NCBI RefSeq assembly: GCF_022045235.1
Contig: NW_027266266.1
Location: 27,900,001 to 27,964,000, forward strand
DNA from: Haliotis cracherodii
Taxonomy: Eukaryota
Direction of reading: 5' to 3'
DNA: 64,000 nucleotides
Shown: in pieces, positions 12,829 to 26,917 of the stretch
How positions within the stretch are numbered: the stretch's first letter is position 1
Layout: every line of letters begins with the position of its first letter
Position numbers and translations under genes: made by a program
The notes under the pieces: model-generated
What the model saw: the letters and a program-made list of their open reading frames with translations, nothing else
What the model was told of the DNA's origin: nothing
Database searches by the model: none

Positions 12829-15800
12829 ATGTATCCGTGAAGGCTGTCTACTGCTGTAGCGGTGGTCCTATCAGTGTCTGACATCTGGGCTTTGCACTCC
12901 CCGGGATCAATGCTGAACAACTTTGACGTGCAATGGCTGTTGTATTACTTTCGCAAAGGACACATTCCTCATCAATTTGCTAACAAGTTTGAACTCAACA
13001 TGGGTATGCTTAATTATGAAATGTGTATTTCTATTAATCAGCTATATGCTGCTGTGATAATATAGTACAGAAAATATAGTTGATGTGACATTGTACATGG
13101 TGAAATGTACACCAATTCTGTACATGGGATAATGATTATGGCAGCTTCATACCGTATTCAAGTCTAGAGACAGGCAGGGATTGACTCAGTTGTGTAGTTG
13201 GAGCCTTTGCTGACTAATATTTCATTACCATGATGTTTGAGGACAGTGGAAAACAGTTGTTTCTGTAGGAAGTAGTAGATTGGGGACATTTAGTTATGAT
13301 TGACAGTTAAAAATGACATTTCCTACCATGCCTACAGTCTCAAAATAAATTGTACATTTATATTTCAACTCTATGGTTTGAATGTGTTAATGCAAAGTGA
13401 TGTTTGTGCTTAAAGAATAACTGAATACCTGTTACAAAGAAACAGTTTCAAAATTTACTGGAGGATATACAGTTGATTTAGAGTGTTGAACTTCTGTTAT
13501 GATAAAAATCTGTTTTCTGGCAAAAGATGGTAGAATGGTATTATTTTTGTATAATTTCAGGATTATTATATATCAGTGTTCTAAAAATACTGATTATGCC
13601 AATAAGCCATGCTTGTGACAGGCATACCTCGGTTTCTCCAAAAATCAATCAAACAAAGATATAATAAAAGTAAAACAGCCAACATATAACAAGTGAAATT
13701 GTTGAGCACCAAATATAGTAGCCATGTGGGAAATCAGAACTGTTTTATGGAACAAAATGAATGTGAGGATTCTTTTAAATGATTCTGTTCTGTCAACAAC
13801 ATAGTGCAGGAAAGTCACCCATGGACTGGGAGAGTTCTGCTGCATGCTTAATCACCCACCTTAATCTTTTGATGAAGCCCATATCTTTCAATGACCCCTG
13901 CCTATTTCCACAAATTTTAGATGAAGCAATTATGGGAGTTTAGGCTGTTGAATTGTCGACTAGTGTCTGTAATGTTGGGACAATGACCTTCTAACATGTA
14001 GCTAGTGATATTTGTTCTATTGACTCAGAACGAGGAGAATTTGTCATGTATTTGCCCGTATTTGGAATCCAGGACCTCGCTCCTGCTGTCTGATGGGTGT
14101 AGCAGGCTTTTTAAACACTTGTGCCAACTTGGTGTTGTGATGTTTCTACCCACTGAGTACGTTGTGCAAGCAAACTTGTCTTATCACCTCATGTTGTTAC
14201 TGCATCTCAGATGTACTGTTTGCTCCTCAGGCCAAGAGGAGGATGCCTAGATTTACAGGCTTTCTGTCCACACCTGGAAATGTACATGAGGATGTTGCTC
14301 ATTTTATGTTGACTGACTGCATCTCGTACGTCAGCCTGACATTCAAATTGAAAGGAGGTAAAATACTGGAAGGATGTAACCATGTTTTCTAGTTGCGAAA
14401 TGATGGGAAAGAAGATTTGTGGGCTCTTGTCATTTTAATTAATGTGTCTGTTCCTAAATTAGAAACTGTGACTCAGCATGCTACAGTCTTGTTTTACGGT
14501 AGAATTTTAATCCATTTGAATGAATGGAAACTGATATGCAAGGTGACATCCTCCTCATTTGCCTTATTGCAAGCACAGACATTGTGTATGACTGGAGCGT
14601 TGAGTACATTGGCACTTGAACCATTGCTGAATGACATCATGTGCACTGTTATCAGCAAGCCTTGGTCACCAGCGTCCTACCTGCCTACCAGGTGTCTATC
14701 TGTCGGGGAATGATATAGTGGGAGACAGAACATAAAGCTGAGACCCTCTGCCACTACTTGCTCCTGTTTCCTGGTAACACCTTGCCCATGTAACCAAGAT
14801 TGATGGCTTTAAAATATTGAATTCACCTTGTTAACCTTGTGCCTGAGGGAAATGAACCAAGCTGATTTGCAGTCTGTTTCATGCAATATGAACCCGATTT
14901 CAAGGATATGAAGGTTGAACTGGAAAAGTAATCTCGGTTGTAACTGAGCCTTGTCTATGGCAGCCCAGTCACAAATTGTCTGACTCACTTTGTGTCACAG
15001 AAATATGTTTTTCAAGGCAAGACAAACTCAACCGTAATAGGAGTAGTGTTGCATCTGGGATACAGGTTTATGCATATGACACAGTTTGTGAAAGGAAATG
15101 TGGTTGGTGTGATTTGTAAACAATATTTTCAGGATGGATATGTTGAATTATTGTGATTATCAGCCTGTTATTTGAGAGTGATGGAGATTGTGTGATAGTA
15201 TCGTGCGACCATGACTCATCTATGACCATGCAACATTGTTTAGAAAATTGTCATTACCTACTTACAACAATGCTTGTCAGTATTTCACGTGTTGACAATG
15301 ATATGTCATGTAGTCTATCCTGGTGTGGGCAAATGATAGGTGTTATGGCAGTGCAGCCATTCTATCCCGGGCTTGAGGAATGCACAGATGATATTTCCCC
15401 TCCCAAAGCTAGGACAACGCTGTGTTAAAGGAAGCCACCCCTTGACAGGATCTTCCCTTGGCAAAGTGCTTCTGTGTGATTAGCAAGGAGACTCAAGCCA
15501 AATTCTTCCACACAACATTTGGTTTAATCAAATCAGCCAAGATTCAACAGTCATCATGAGACAGGTTGACAGGGACATAAGGATGGATGTAATTTGTGAC
15601 TCTGTCTATGGTGAGTAAATCAGTGTTGAATGTTAGCCATGTTACTCTTTGCCATGAAGTATTTATACAAGAAGGTGTTGAAATGTTGACTCTCACAAGA
15701 AGGGAACATTTCACAGAGGTGTGTGGAATTGATCAAGCTTTAGTATTAAAAACTTGATTTGATACAAACAACCACTTAAAATAGCGAAACATGTAAATGA

Positions 15801-16877
15801 AGGATTTGTTAGTGTGTTTGTTGTTGTTTGAAGTAACAGTGTCAGCTGGTTTGCCGGTGTGTTCTTCATGTTGACTGTGCAACTCCACCAGTCCTGTCTG
15901 TGTCTGTAGGTAATATTTTGGTTGAAGATATAGATAAGAGTTTATCAACATTTATGGTAAAATAGGCTAAGGTACAGTGGTTCATATCCAACAAGCAAAG
16001 CAGTTCTGTCAGGTTTTCTTTAGCTTGTCAATAATGAATTTGAGTTGTGTGACAACATTGCTGCATGTTGGAAGGAGATAACAGACGTTTTTAAGGGATG
16101 ATGTTTTTATTCATTTGCTAACAAATTATACACTCACATCATCAGTGATCATGACATTTTGTAGAAAGTGGAATACTGTTAATCATAATTTTGTGAAGAA
16201 ATATAGTCTCTCTATATGCTTCTTTGTAAAAGTCACATGCTCTGTGGAGTCACTGTGTTTGGAATAGATCACCAGCAGTATATATTGCTGGTGATGAAAG
16301 ATGACCAAATTGTATTGGGTGGTCATACTCAGAGATCTAGTTGATTTCATGTCCTCGTACCCCAACGGAGCAGAATGTTGCTCATATCAGTGACTGGTTT
16401 GCCTGGCCAAGACTTGATTTATAGAAATCCTTGATGTAGCTGGAATATTGTGAAACAATAAACAAAGTGACCCACCCTGTCCTCCATGATCAACTGTATT
16501 ATATCTCCATTCTATATAATTATACATGCCCTGGACTCACTTGGTTCCATAACTTCACTTATGAAATGATGACTCCATCTCTCCGATCAGCAACTTCTCA
16601 CAATGTTTTCACTTATGGACAGTGATGAGTGTAATTTGATTGGGTGGCTGTTCTTAGCACTGCATATTTCTTATCTGATTCAACGCTGTTATGGTGAACG
16701 AGTCCAAAGTACATATACGTTTTTATTCCATCATTAACATTAAACTAAGGATTTTTTAACCAATGGCTTAGAAAAAGTTATTACTGGTCAGCATACATCC
16801 TTTTTGTCGGGCAATTATTAGAAAAAAATTACCATTGCTAACCAGATGATGATTTGTAAGTTGATAAAACTAAGGGT

Positions 16878-17081
16878 TAGACCCACAAACTTCAGAAGCT
16901 GCAGGCCCTGACTAAACTCTTCCGGCCCTCATTTAAACAAAAAAGTGCAGCTTATTGTGACAAATAAATTCAACATCTAAATTTACAGCAGTCCATAAGG
17001 ACCCATACAAATTTGAAACTATGTCCTCACACAAGATCGACTTGCCACGGGCCTATGGGCAGGCGCTTATTGCAAACACTG
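16878..17081. mobile_element. 5'-truncated copy of the 37345-37580 MITE
   Basis: Colinear: gacccaca..gctgcaggccctgact..ttattgtgacaaataaat..gggcctatgggcagg..aaacactg. Confidence 0.78.
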
Positions 17082-17731
17082 GTCAAACATGAACCTCTTG
17101 CCTTTACAATATCATCAGATGTTGGGTAGAGACAGAGACTGTCCTCTCATACTGATATATATTACATGAAATTAGATGTGATTAAGTTGCAAGTGTTTCC
17201 ACGGAAGGGGAATGTGTCCTTAAGTTGAGATGCTAGTGTGGACAATCTGTAGAGACAACCTCATCTCTGTGTACTTCTCCTGCAATTGATGACATATTGA
17301 CTCATGCAGGGAGTCGGTTGTACCCCTCAAATATGCGATCATGTTATCTTTTGTCCTTTGACCTTTGAAAGATATTGAAATGACTTCAAATTAATGTCTT
17401 CTTTATGTTGTTGTAAGAGTCTAAATGTCACTGACCAGTTAATTTGACTTTTATGCAAATACATGTAGTGTCAATTTGAAAGCTGGAATGTACTTAACCT
17501 GTCAGTACTGACAGGACTAAAGTACTAACTGAGAGTGGATTTGAAATCGTCAGTCATGAGATTGGGTATTTATAGCAAACAATGCCCTGCAATTGGGATA
17601 GAACTAGCCAAACTTCAGATTGGGAGGCTGATGACCAGTGATAACAGATGGTGTAGCATTTTCTGTGCAATTACAGCCACTAACAGGGAGGAAATACACA
17701 AACATGTTGAGTCACATTTTGTTTTAAATAA

Positions 17732-18012
17732 GGGGGCATGGGTGGCCCAGTCGTTTAAGACACTGTGATTCCCTGTGCAAAGTTGCGTCCCTTGGGCACG
17801 CCAGAAACCTATGAATGTGAGTTCGAATCCTGGTTCGCCCCGATTATGTTTCTAGGTTTGTCAGCACCATACCCATGCTTGTGGGTTTCACCGAAGTGGT
17901 AAACGTCTGAGACCTGCATCACTTTGGGCTTCCTCCCACATTAAGCTGACACGCTGTGATATAACGAGAATACTCTTAAAAGTGGTGTTAAACCCAACTC
18001 ACTCACTCACTC
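17732..18012 (+). mobile_element. tRNA-derived SINE, family C, with (ctca)n tail
   Basis: A box tggcccagtcg, B box gagttcgaatcc, tail ggtgttaaacccaactcactcactc, and imperfect TSD tgtttta(a/g)ata. Confidence 0.8.
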
Positions 18013-19355
18013 TCTGTTTTAGATATGCAATTTAGCCAAAAGTTACATGTTGCTTTCTGATTAGTCACTCTCACAGTCCCTGAACCACATTATTTTCCCT
18101 TCCGCCCAGCCCTTTCAGTAATTATAAAATCTTCCATCTTTTGGGGGATCCTTTTCAATTAAATGGAGTTATTAGTTTCTTTCAGAATTATATGTTTTCA
18201 GAGACTAAGCGTAAGTCTATTTTCTGATATATGACAAAGTTTCTTGGTAATCTTTGTACACAGATAACTTATGAACGGTACATTTACACTGTGCATAGAT
18301 ACTGAATTAGATCTGTTTATGAGAACTGGGATGCCTGTGTCCAATATCCGGTGTAGAAGATATTTCATGTTCATATCGGGCGTAGGGTACTTGTCATGTA
18401 TATTACAGCCTTAGATACCACCACTGGTCATATAGCAGCAGCTGTCTAAACAGCCTTGATAACTGGCAGTAGTGGGTATAGGGCTTCCCATTACAACCTA
18501 TAGCTGTCACAGCTTGTTGTAAATCACCAGATCTATATATCAGACACACTTTTTGCACAACATAAATGTATGTGAGTCATTTGGTATGATGAAAATATCC
18601 ACAGACATCCTGTTAGACTAAATGAGCAATGAATATTTTTTCTGGAATTTTTTATACTGAAATATTTAGTTAAAGAAATAGTTAAGAGAATAGTTAGCCA
18701 CTTTTGACAGAGTTTATGTATATTTCTGTCATTAAAGTGCCAAGTCCATCGGAGGTATGTGGTTGCCTCCAAGTGACATACATACCGTGACAATCACCTG
18801 CCTCTATGCCATATTGAAGTGTGATGTGTAGCGAATAACATGGGTTAATCAAGCCTGAAGCATCATTCATGTATTTCTATGACCCGAAGCAAACACTCTC
18901 TTTGCCGATCATACCTACACTTTGTCCGTCTCTACACTACACAGGGTTGACTTAATCTGTTTGACTTACATTTTTAAAATCATCAGTTGCACTGTCACTT
19001 CAATCTGTTGTAGCCTCTCAAATAGCTCTATGTCCCGTTTGTGAAATGTCAACATGTTCAAAGTTGTTTTCACGAGATTTATGTTCAAATTTATTAAAGA
19101 CCTTCAACAGGTTGTTGAGGCTGATCGTAAACCCATAGTCAATTTGAACATGTATGAAATCTCTAACTCAACAATACGTTTTGTAATTGTTACATTTTTG
19201 CTGGCTAGAAATTCCGGAATGTGATGCAATATCCTACTGTTGCATTAGCTGACTGCATCATGGTTGAAATGGACACGAGTTCTTACTTCACCTGGCTCAT
19301 TATAAAAACACATGAGTGTCTGGGTTTTCCTAGTGCCGCTGTTACTGTGGGCCTC

Positions 19356-19386
19356 AGTTAAAAGCGGCGTTAAACCCAACTCACTC
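19356..19386 (+). mobile_element. 31-bp retroposon tail insertion with 12-bp TSD
   Basis: agttaaaagcggcgttaaacccaactcactc flanked by actgtgggcctc (19344-19355 and 19387-19398). Confidence 0.8.
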
Positions 19387-21954
19387 ACTGTGGGCCTCCC
19401 ATTGGATTAAGTCAGCAGTACACACATAGCTTATCTCATGCAATATACCAGTCGATGTATGTCCAATTTCATTTTCACAGAGGTGTCCAAGTACTTTATA
19501 ATGACAAGCCAAGTACATTACTAGGATAGGTGTATGCATTCCTAACAAGAGATCCGTTAGGCCAGTGTTCCTGTTAGAGAGTTTGAAATAGACAAGCACT
19601 TGTTATGTGTTGGCCTGAAATAGATATATACAGCAGAGCTTCATAGATGTTCATTCATTCTAAGCAGCTGGTTTCTGTTGCATTAAGACTGCTGTGATAA
19701 GCTGTTTATGATAAACCGGATTAGCGTTCACTTCAAGGAAAGGGCTGCTTGATAGCAAGTGTTGCTCAGGTGTTTGCTGGGACAATGTGTACTAGCCAGG
19801 AAAGAAAAGGAGAGAGAGAAAAAAAACTTGGGATAAACTGGCCAAGCCTTTGTGTACAAAGGCAATGAAAGACGGGACGTAAATGACTTGTGTTTGCAGA
19901 TTCTTGACCCCTCTGTGACCAGGAATTTCTGATAAGAGACTACACTAACTTTACAGTGGATCTCAGCCAGGGATTACTGTGTGTAGTTGAGACATGTTGG
20001 GTGTAGCCACTTCTTGATCATGTGCTGCTTATTTCATGAAATGGGGCACTTTGGAGTAACTTATTGCTGGTTGATAGGTGTGTGGTGATATTAATTTATG
20101 GATGGAATTTACGTAATCTCTGTTGGGACTGCGGCCTCTTCAAGACTGACATGTCAAACACACGTTGAATTGGTTTGTGTTGAAGTTGCTATTTAACATA
20201 GACTTCACCTATATTTTACTGTTTGATTTGGCCAGTGTTGCTGCACATGTACAAAGATTGAGGGTAATCTCTATGATGTGCTGTCTCTGTGTATACCAGC
20301 AGTAGATTCTCCAGGATTTGCACACTGTCATGTACATATGAAGTCCCAGCTGTGAAGTTATGGCCAGAAATTTAGCTGCCTCATATGACTGTTCACATGC
20401 TGTTTACTTAAGTGTGCTAGTTTTGTCACTTTTTGCTATGGCTTGCTCCAGTCAGGATGCATGTGACTTGGTGTACAATTAGGATTGCTGATAATATCTG
20501 AAGCCCTTGTAACTCTTACAGGCTGAGATTTTGGGGAAGATTATGTGCTGCTCAAGGGAAAATATAACAGTGGACCTTATAATTAGCAGAGGATGGCAAC
20601 AGTCCGTGCTGGACAGTCATCTTTTGCAATTTCAATTTCTTTTTTCTGAGTAAAAACTATATATCTTCTTGAGGATGGCAACAGGCTATGAGAAGGAGGA
20701 AAAAATGACCAGAATTGTCGTCACGATGATCACACTTAATCAACCTGTTTGCTCAAGTACAGATATATTTTTGCTGTAAGATTCGCAGTATACTGGATTT
20801 CAAGTTTCCATGTGTCTGTGTTAGTGATCATCTGTCCTGGTGTACACCTGTGGTATTCCCTGTAGCTAAGTGTGTGACTGTGACAGACATGGAGCACCTC
20901 TGTTTGTACCTGCTGGACCTGGTGGTGATGGCTGCACTAGCTGGGGTAAGTGTCAGGAGCACACAGTAGCAGCTTGTGCCACCTTGTTATTTCTGGTATA
21001 AGCACAATAAGCATGTACTCACAATATTTGCCAAACATATCATCATGGTAATAATTATGAAAATATAATAAAAAGATAGAATCCTTGAACAGACATATTC
21101 TGGATTCTGAATTAGATGTAAGAGATATATTTGAAAGTTTCCTTCTGCATGTTCTGTGTGGTATGTTCCTGTTAAAGAACATGACAGGTATGGTAGGTTT
21201 AGATGACTTTCAAATGATATTGATATTGTGAATAGAATGAGGCATTCTAAAATATATTTTCCCCATTTGTTCTTCTATTTCAATAAGAATGTAATTATGT
21301 TAATAGTCAATTAGCAGTTTTCAAAGACAAACTAGGAATTCAAAAGAAATTACATCATGGGACATCAAAGAAGGTATTATTCACAAAACACATGTGAACT
21401 TGTCATCGGCTGTCACACATGGATGTTCACTGTGGGCTGTAATGTGGCCCTCAGTAGGCGGGTGGGTGTGTGCGATCTGTCAGATCTATCACCATGTTGC
21501 ATGTTACCAGGTAATCTGCATGTACCTGCAGTCTATTGGCTGTGTAACATAGCATAAGCAATTGATTCATCGTGGGTGTAAGGCTGCTGCATGCTGACTG
21601 TGTTTCTTATGGATGATTTATGCGTGTGTGTCCCACATAGGTAAGGGTATCTCACTCGCAGTATAGTTGATTAACTGCATTGTTCTATCTTTTGCTGGAT
21701 CAGCATATTCCTCTTGTATATGTCATTACACCTGTATCCAACAGTTCCTCAGCTTTACACTAAACTTTCCAAATCCGAATCCAAATGTGTAGGTAAGTGC
21801 TTGGTATATGACATGAATTGCGAGGAGTTCGGACCAACTTACGTAATGTTTTATTATCAGAATAGGTATGTTGTACCTATTGAACATGTCATTTAAAACT
21901 TAACTGTAACTTTTTAAAGAAATAAATAATGTGTGGGTGTTGTTTATCGTACAA

Positions 21955-22323
21955 TAATTTTTTAATTTGAACTTTACATGATATAGGGCTTTTCCCTGGA
22001 CGAGAGGTCAGTCACATGACGTTGATAAGTGTATGAACGACACAATTTGACGTTCATACTTTTTTCACGAGCCTGTGTTCTTGAAATGACAAGAACACTG
22101 ACGGACTACTTCCACATTCCTGGGGAAAACCCTGGGAATTCCCCACCTCGTATACATACAGAAGTATTCTTTCTGATCATTTCGACCCTTTAATCTTGAA
22201 CTCAGCGTTTTAGTATACAAAAAAGCGCATCCGATCTATTGTAGTATCAACTCGTTTGTCCCTCACTCTATGAAGATTCATCATACTCCAATGAACTCAC
22301 ACAATGTGAAAGTCAATTCTTAA
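21955..22323. mobile_element. Internally deleted family G copy
   Basis: Shares tggacgagaggtc.gtcacatgac...cctggggaaa.cc.ctgggaattccc and catactccaatgaactcacaca..gtcaattcttaaat. Confidence 0.75.
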
Positions 22324-23190
22324 ATAAACACTGCAGGGAGAATCAACCATGAACCATAATAAACCTCCAGTGTCGTTATCCTTTTGTTCTCCAGTTGGGT
22401 TAAATCTCATAAACAGGGATGTTATAATATTCCCAGGATTATGTCTAATCCCCGTATTTCATATAACATGCCAGGGACTTTATTAACACAACTTCCGTTT
22501 AGATTGTAAAGTATGAATGTTTCTCGCTAGAAATTTGTTTTGCATTTGAACACAATGTGATGAAATGTAAAATCAAATGTCAAATGTTTTCTTTATATTC
22601 CCGAGGATCGAACACGCAACCTTCGTTTTTGTAGCCCAATGAGTGTACCACTAGGCTACAGGGGCGCTGATAAATCACAATGCTTTTAAGAATGTCTTAC
22701 ACCCGTTTCCTAAGGTTCATGGAAAGTATGTTTGAAACATAAGTATGTTGATAAATGTTGTTTTAAGTTTCTTTTTTCAGTTTATAAGTAAGATGAAACA
22801 CTTCCTCTCGTGGTTTTATTATATCTAAAACTCTTTTCCTTGGGCTAAGACCTTGGGGCAGACACCCCTTGGTTTTATTCCAGGGATGCGGGATTTTAAT
22901 ATCTTAAAAACCCTCGGACTTGCTTTATCCTACACATAAACAACGACCTTGAGTCGTTTATTTCTTATATGAGATAGCAACATTTTTTAAGTTACAACAT
23001 CCCTAAGGATGTTAGTAAAATTTACATTAGCTTTGAAACTATTTACCCATATTCATATAATGAAGACTCCCTGAATACAATCCAAGGGCGGCAATGTCGG
23101 ACAAGCCCATTTTATGAACAGGGGTTTATGTTTTGTTTTTCTTGAAAATTCTCACACTTCTCACGGCGATTACCTGTACCTCGTCTTGCC
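22324..23190 (-). mobile_element. Composite family F copy interrupted by an insert with a tRNA-like segment
   Basis: 22324-22395 and 22935-23190 match family F; 22600-22665 has A and B boxes on the - strand. Confidence 0.55.
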
Positions 23191-23628
23191 TGTACATATA
23201 AACATTCTTATGGCTACATGCATTGCCATATACCAGTACTAGAGTGTAGCTTATATCAGTTGTATATGGATTTAATAACTGACGTCAACTGACATTAATG
23301 TCAATATATATTATTATACAGAGACGGAAATCCATTCTGTAATCTTATTACTGTCAGGAGAGTAAATTTGTTATGATTCTATGTAGCTGTGATGTGAGAC
23401 AGTGATTACTTCCATACATCCTTCCCTCTGTTCCTAGTCATGTTGGTTCCACCCAAGTGTGCAGGCCTGGGTTGGTCCTGCTAGGCAGTAGCAGCTACAG
23501 TGGCTGCTTGAGAAGGAAGCAGTGGCTGGATTTGCCTGCAGGAAAGTGGGTCGTACTTTAGTGGCATCAATTCCCAGCTTGTGACAAGAATGTTATAGGA
23601 TTGTTCTGGGGCTGGTCATTCTTCCATC

Positions 23629-23688
23629 ATGTCTGCCAGGAGAAGTGCTAAAGTAGGTGTGGTGGAGACGACCAGGAGGACCCCTAAA
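23629..23688 (+). CDS. Candidate alternative N-terminal coding exon of the SPECC1L-like gene (MSARRSAKVGVVETTRRTPK)
   Basis: ATG in a locally GC-richer stretch, ending at a consensus donor AAA|gtaagt in phase 0, which is compatible with the 27695 acceptor. No homology support. Confidence 0.35.
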
Positions 23689-24392
23689 GTAAGTGGACAG
23701 GGTGGAAGGGGCCGACGGGTGGGAAGAAGAGGGTACGTGGCTGTGTCATAGGTATTCACATGCTCAGTGGCATCATGTGCCGTGGATTTTAAACTGTCCA
23801 TATGTATATAGCGTACATTGTAATGTGTATCCTGGAGTCTAGAGTGTTGGTTGAACTATTTGTTTTAAACATCCTTGAGAGTTTGTCACTTGTTTGTGGC
23901 ATTGTTTCTTATATGTTGTATATAAATTTAGTTTCTGAGTAGTAGTGAAGGTTTATGATGTCAGGGTGCACTTAGTGACACTGTGGGACAATTGAGCTGA
24001 AATGTGGGCAGGGAAACCTGGTGCGGGGAAGTAAACAGAGTTTTATTTGTGTATTAAGTAATGTGTAGATGATGAAACTTCCCCAGTTAAACTAAGTACT
24101 TTCCTGCCTTGTTTCCAAGATTTCCAAGTTCTGATAAACTGCCTGTGTACATGGTTTAGTTCCTAAAGGTGTCAGTCTGTAGACTATTGCTATGTCACTG
24201 GTAATGATTGTGAGTCATAACTGTTTCAAGCCTATACTCCCAACATTATTCTCCACTAGTCATGGTCTGATGTTTGATGTGATGATTATACTCAAGTGTT
24301 GGAGTGACATTTTCAGTAGGCTCCCCACTGACTTCATGCTTGTTTCCTGTGTAATTGTAATAATTGTAAGACTGTATGTTTCATCAATAATG

Positions 24393-24780
24393 TTTTTAGC
24401 TCATCCTCACTGAAAGGTTGCCCAGTGTGTGTTGTAAACATTATCTCCCCAGAAACCACTGGACCAATGAAACTGAAACGTCACATGCTTGTCCCCACCA
24501 ATGACACCCCAAGAGATTCAAATCCAATTTTCTGCCATGGCAGCCATATTGTTAAAACCTATTTATGGCCATTACTCAGACATATTTTCAAAAATGGAAT
24601 GAAAATTGGTATTTGTGTAGTTCGTTGTGGGGCTCATTTTTTGTAATATTTTACATTTTGAACTTGTCTTGACTTTTTCAGTTTGACCACCTTCCTTGCC
24701 AAATGCATTTCCATTCATTTCTTCTTTTCTGAAATTGACAGACTGACAAAGCTGACTTGGGCATTTACGTTTCTCTGTGC
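24393..24780. mobile_element. Decayed Helentron/HINE-like element
   Basis: Starts ttttagctca..; contains tctccccagaaaccactggaccaatgaaactgaaac and gccatggcagccatattg, motifs I recall from molluscan non-autonomous Helentron-type repeats. Confidence 0.35.
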
Positions 24781-24919
24781 ATATTTCACAAAACTGTACA
24801 TATCCTCCTACCTACCTGATAATACTTATATATGCCCATACCAACCTCTCACTACTTTACATATCTACATACTTACCCAGCATTTGAACTAAAGCATGAA
24901 ATTTGACAGATCCTTGTTG

Positions 24920-25270
24920 TATAATGATACATGTAATACATACCTCACAATACTTTACACATAATGATACTTATATCATAATACTTTACACATAATTATA
25001 CTTATGTCACAATACTTTACACATAATGGTACTTACTGCCTGATACTTTACACATACATGTAATACATACCTCACAATACTTTACACATAATGATACTTA
25101 TCTAGTAATACTTTACACATAATGATACTTCCTGCCTGATACTTCACACATAATGATACTTACCTCACGATACTTTATAAAGCCCCATATTTATCTCATG
25201 ATACTTTATGTATCTTGGTACTTACACACCATACTTTACACATCTTCATATCTATCTCACAATGCTTTAT
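24920..25270. repeat. Degenerate ~30-bp minisatellite
   Basis: Recurring atacttacctcacaatactttacacataatg-like units. Confidence 0.8.
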
Positions 25271-25278
25271 GTATAAAA

Positions 25279-25545
25279 GACCGCCTCCGTGGTCTAATGG
25301 TAGAGCATCCGCCTGGAGAGTGGAAGCGCCAGGGTTCGATCCCCAGCCGCGTCATACCAAAAGACGTTAAAAGATGGTACTTGTTGTTGCCCTGTCTGGC
25401 GCTCGGCATTAAGGGGCTAAAACAAGGACTGGTCGGCTCGGAGTCAGTATACTGTGTCTGAGTTGGGTATTCATGTTAAACTGTGGCATGGTATCTCAGT
25501 GTGCTAGCACAATAAACTTGGCATCAGTCCGGACTAGTACAAGCA

Positions 25546-25590
<45 letters not shown>

Positions 25591-25651
25591 ATGCACGTTG
25601 CTATAAAAGTGCAATAATGTTGGACGCGACGTTAAATCCCATTTCACCACC
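25279..25651 (+). mobile_element. Full-length tRNA-derived SINE (V-SINE-like, family B) with internal (CA)n
   Basis: A box (tggtctaatgg), B box (ggttcgatcc), V-domain-like gtcataccaaaagacgttaaaagatggtac...ccctgtctggcgctcggcattaagg, and TSD ttatgtataa. Confidence 0.85.
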
Positions 25652-26917
25652 TTATGTATAACAATTCAAGTTATCTCTGTGTGCATCTGTTTAGTTACAT
25701 CCTTATGGGATCAGGTGGTCAGACTCACAAACAAACAAGCCAACAAACTAACAAACATCCTTATGGATGACAAACATAATCTCTATTGATGCATACTGCT
25801 TACATATATCCAGTGTAGGAGGGTGTCTCATTCCCACAGATATATTGATTCATTAAACACCAACCCTTCACTGATGAAGATATGTTACAATGTAAGAAAT
25901 TGTTATTAAAAAAGAAATGCTCTTTAGAAAAACTAAACTAGATTCTTATGCATTTCACAAATTTTTTAGCTTACCAAGACCAAAAGACTTGTGAATGAAT
26001 CTCAAAATCTGCTTGTCATGCATGCACTGTTTACCATTTTGCAATGTGTTTCTGTAGATTACTAGCCTGCTAGCCTTGGTCAGTTTATGTACTGGTGAAG
26101 GTATCATCCTCAGACATTGTCCATATGAGTGCTTGTAAACATGCCTGTGCTTTAATTGTGAATTATAGCTGATTATTTGCCAAGACCTTCTTCTGAATAT
26201 GTGACCCTTGGAGACCTTGTACAGTTTCTGTAATGCTCATTAGATTGGTATGAAAACAAACCACCTTATACAGCAAATTAGTGAAAGTGTCATGATTTTT
26301 CAAAACAATAACACTTTTTTCCACTTTATGGCTAATCATATCATTGATTGCAAACATGTTCAAACTAAGTGAACTGTCAAATGTGAATTTACATGTACCA
26401 GGTGAGCGACAGAGCTGATCTCTATTTGGATATAAATGGATGCATGTGTTTGTTAATATGTTTGTATATGCAGTAATGAACTGTTATGATTGTAAGTTTA
26501 TACCTGTTTTCTGTGACAGAAATGTCTGCCAGGTGAGTGTGAAACATATTGTACATTGTAGTGAGAGTGAGCAGGAGTGATTTCTGCTGACATCAAAGCT
26601 GGGCTTGACTTGTGTAGCTGCTTCCCTAACAATAGCACTGTCAGGCACTGCCCTCCAGCTTTGAAAAGTAAACTCATACACACCCCTGAAATAATGATAA
26701 TGTAGTGTGGATATGAGTCAGCTGTCGCCTATTTACATGTGACATTAACGTCCATGATTTGGGATATTTACATGCAGGCCCCAGTAATATGATACACAGC
26801 AAAGTGAAATTTACGCATTGTACCCAAATGAAAATAACATGGCAGGGAAAGTGAGTCATGTATTTATGAAAACTAATAAATTGATACTGGCTTCTCCAAG
26901 CTGCTTAGTTCTTGCTT

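Noticed and set aside
25279-25350. tRNA gene (also near 17732, 40103 and 41186)
   Set aside because: The A/B boxes are SINE heads continuous with SINE bodies and tails, mostly with TSDs; no complete cloverleaf.
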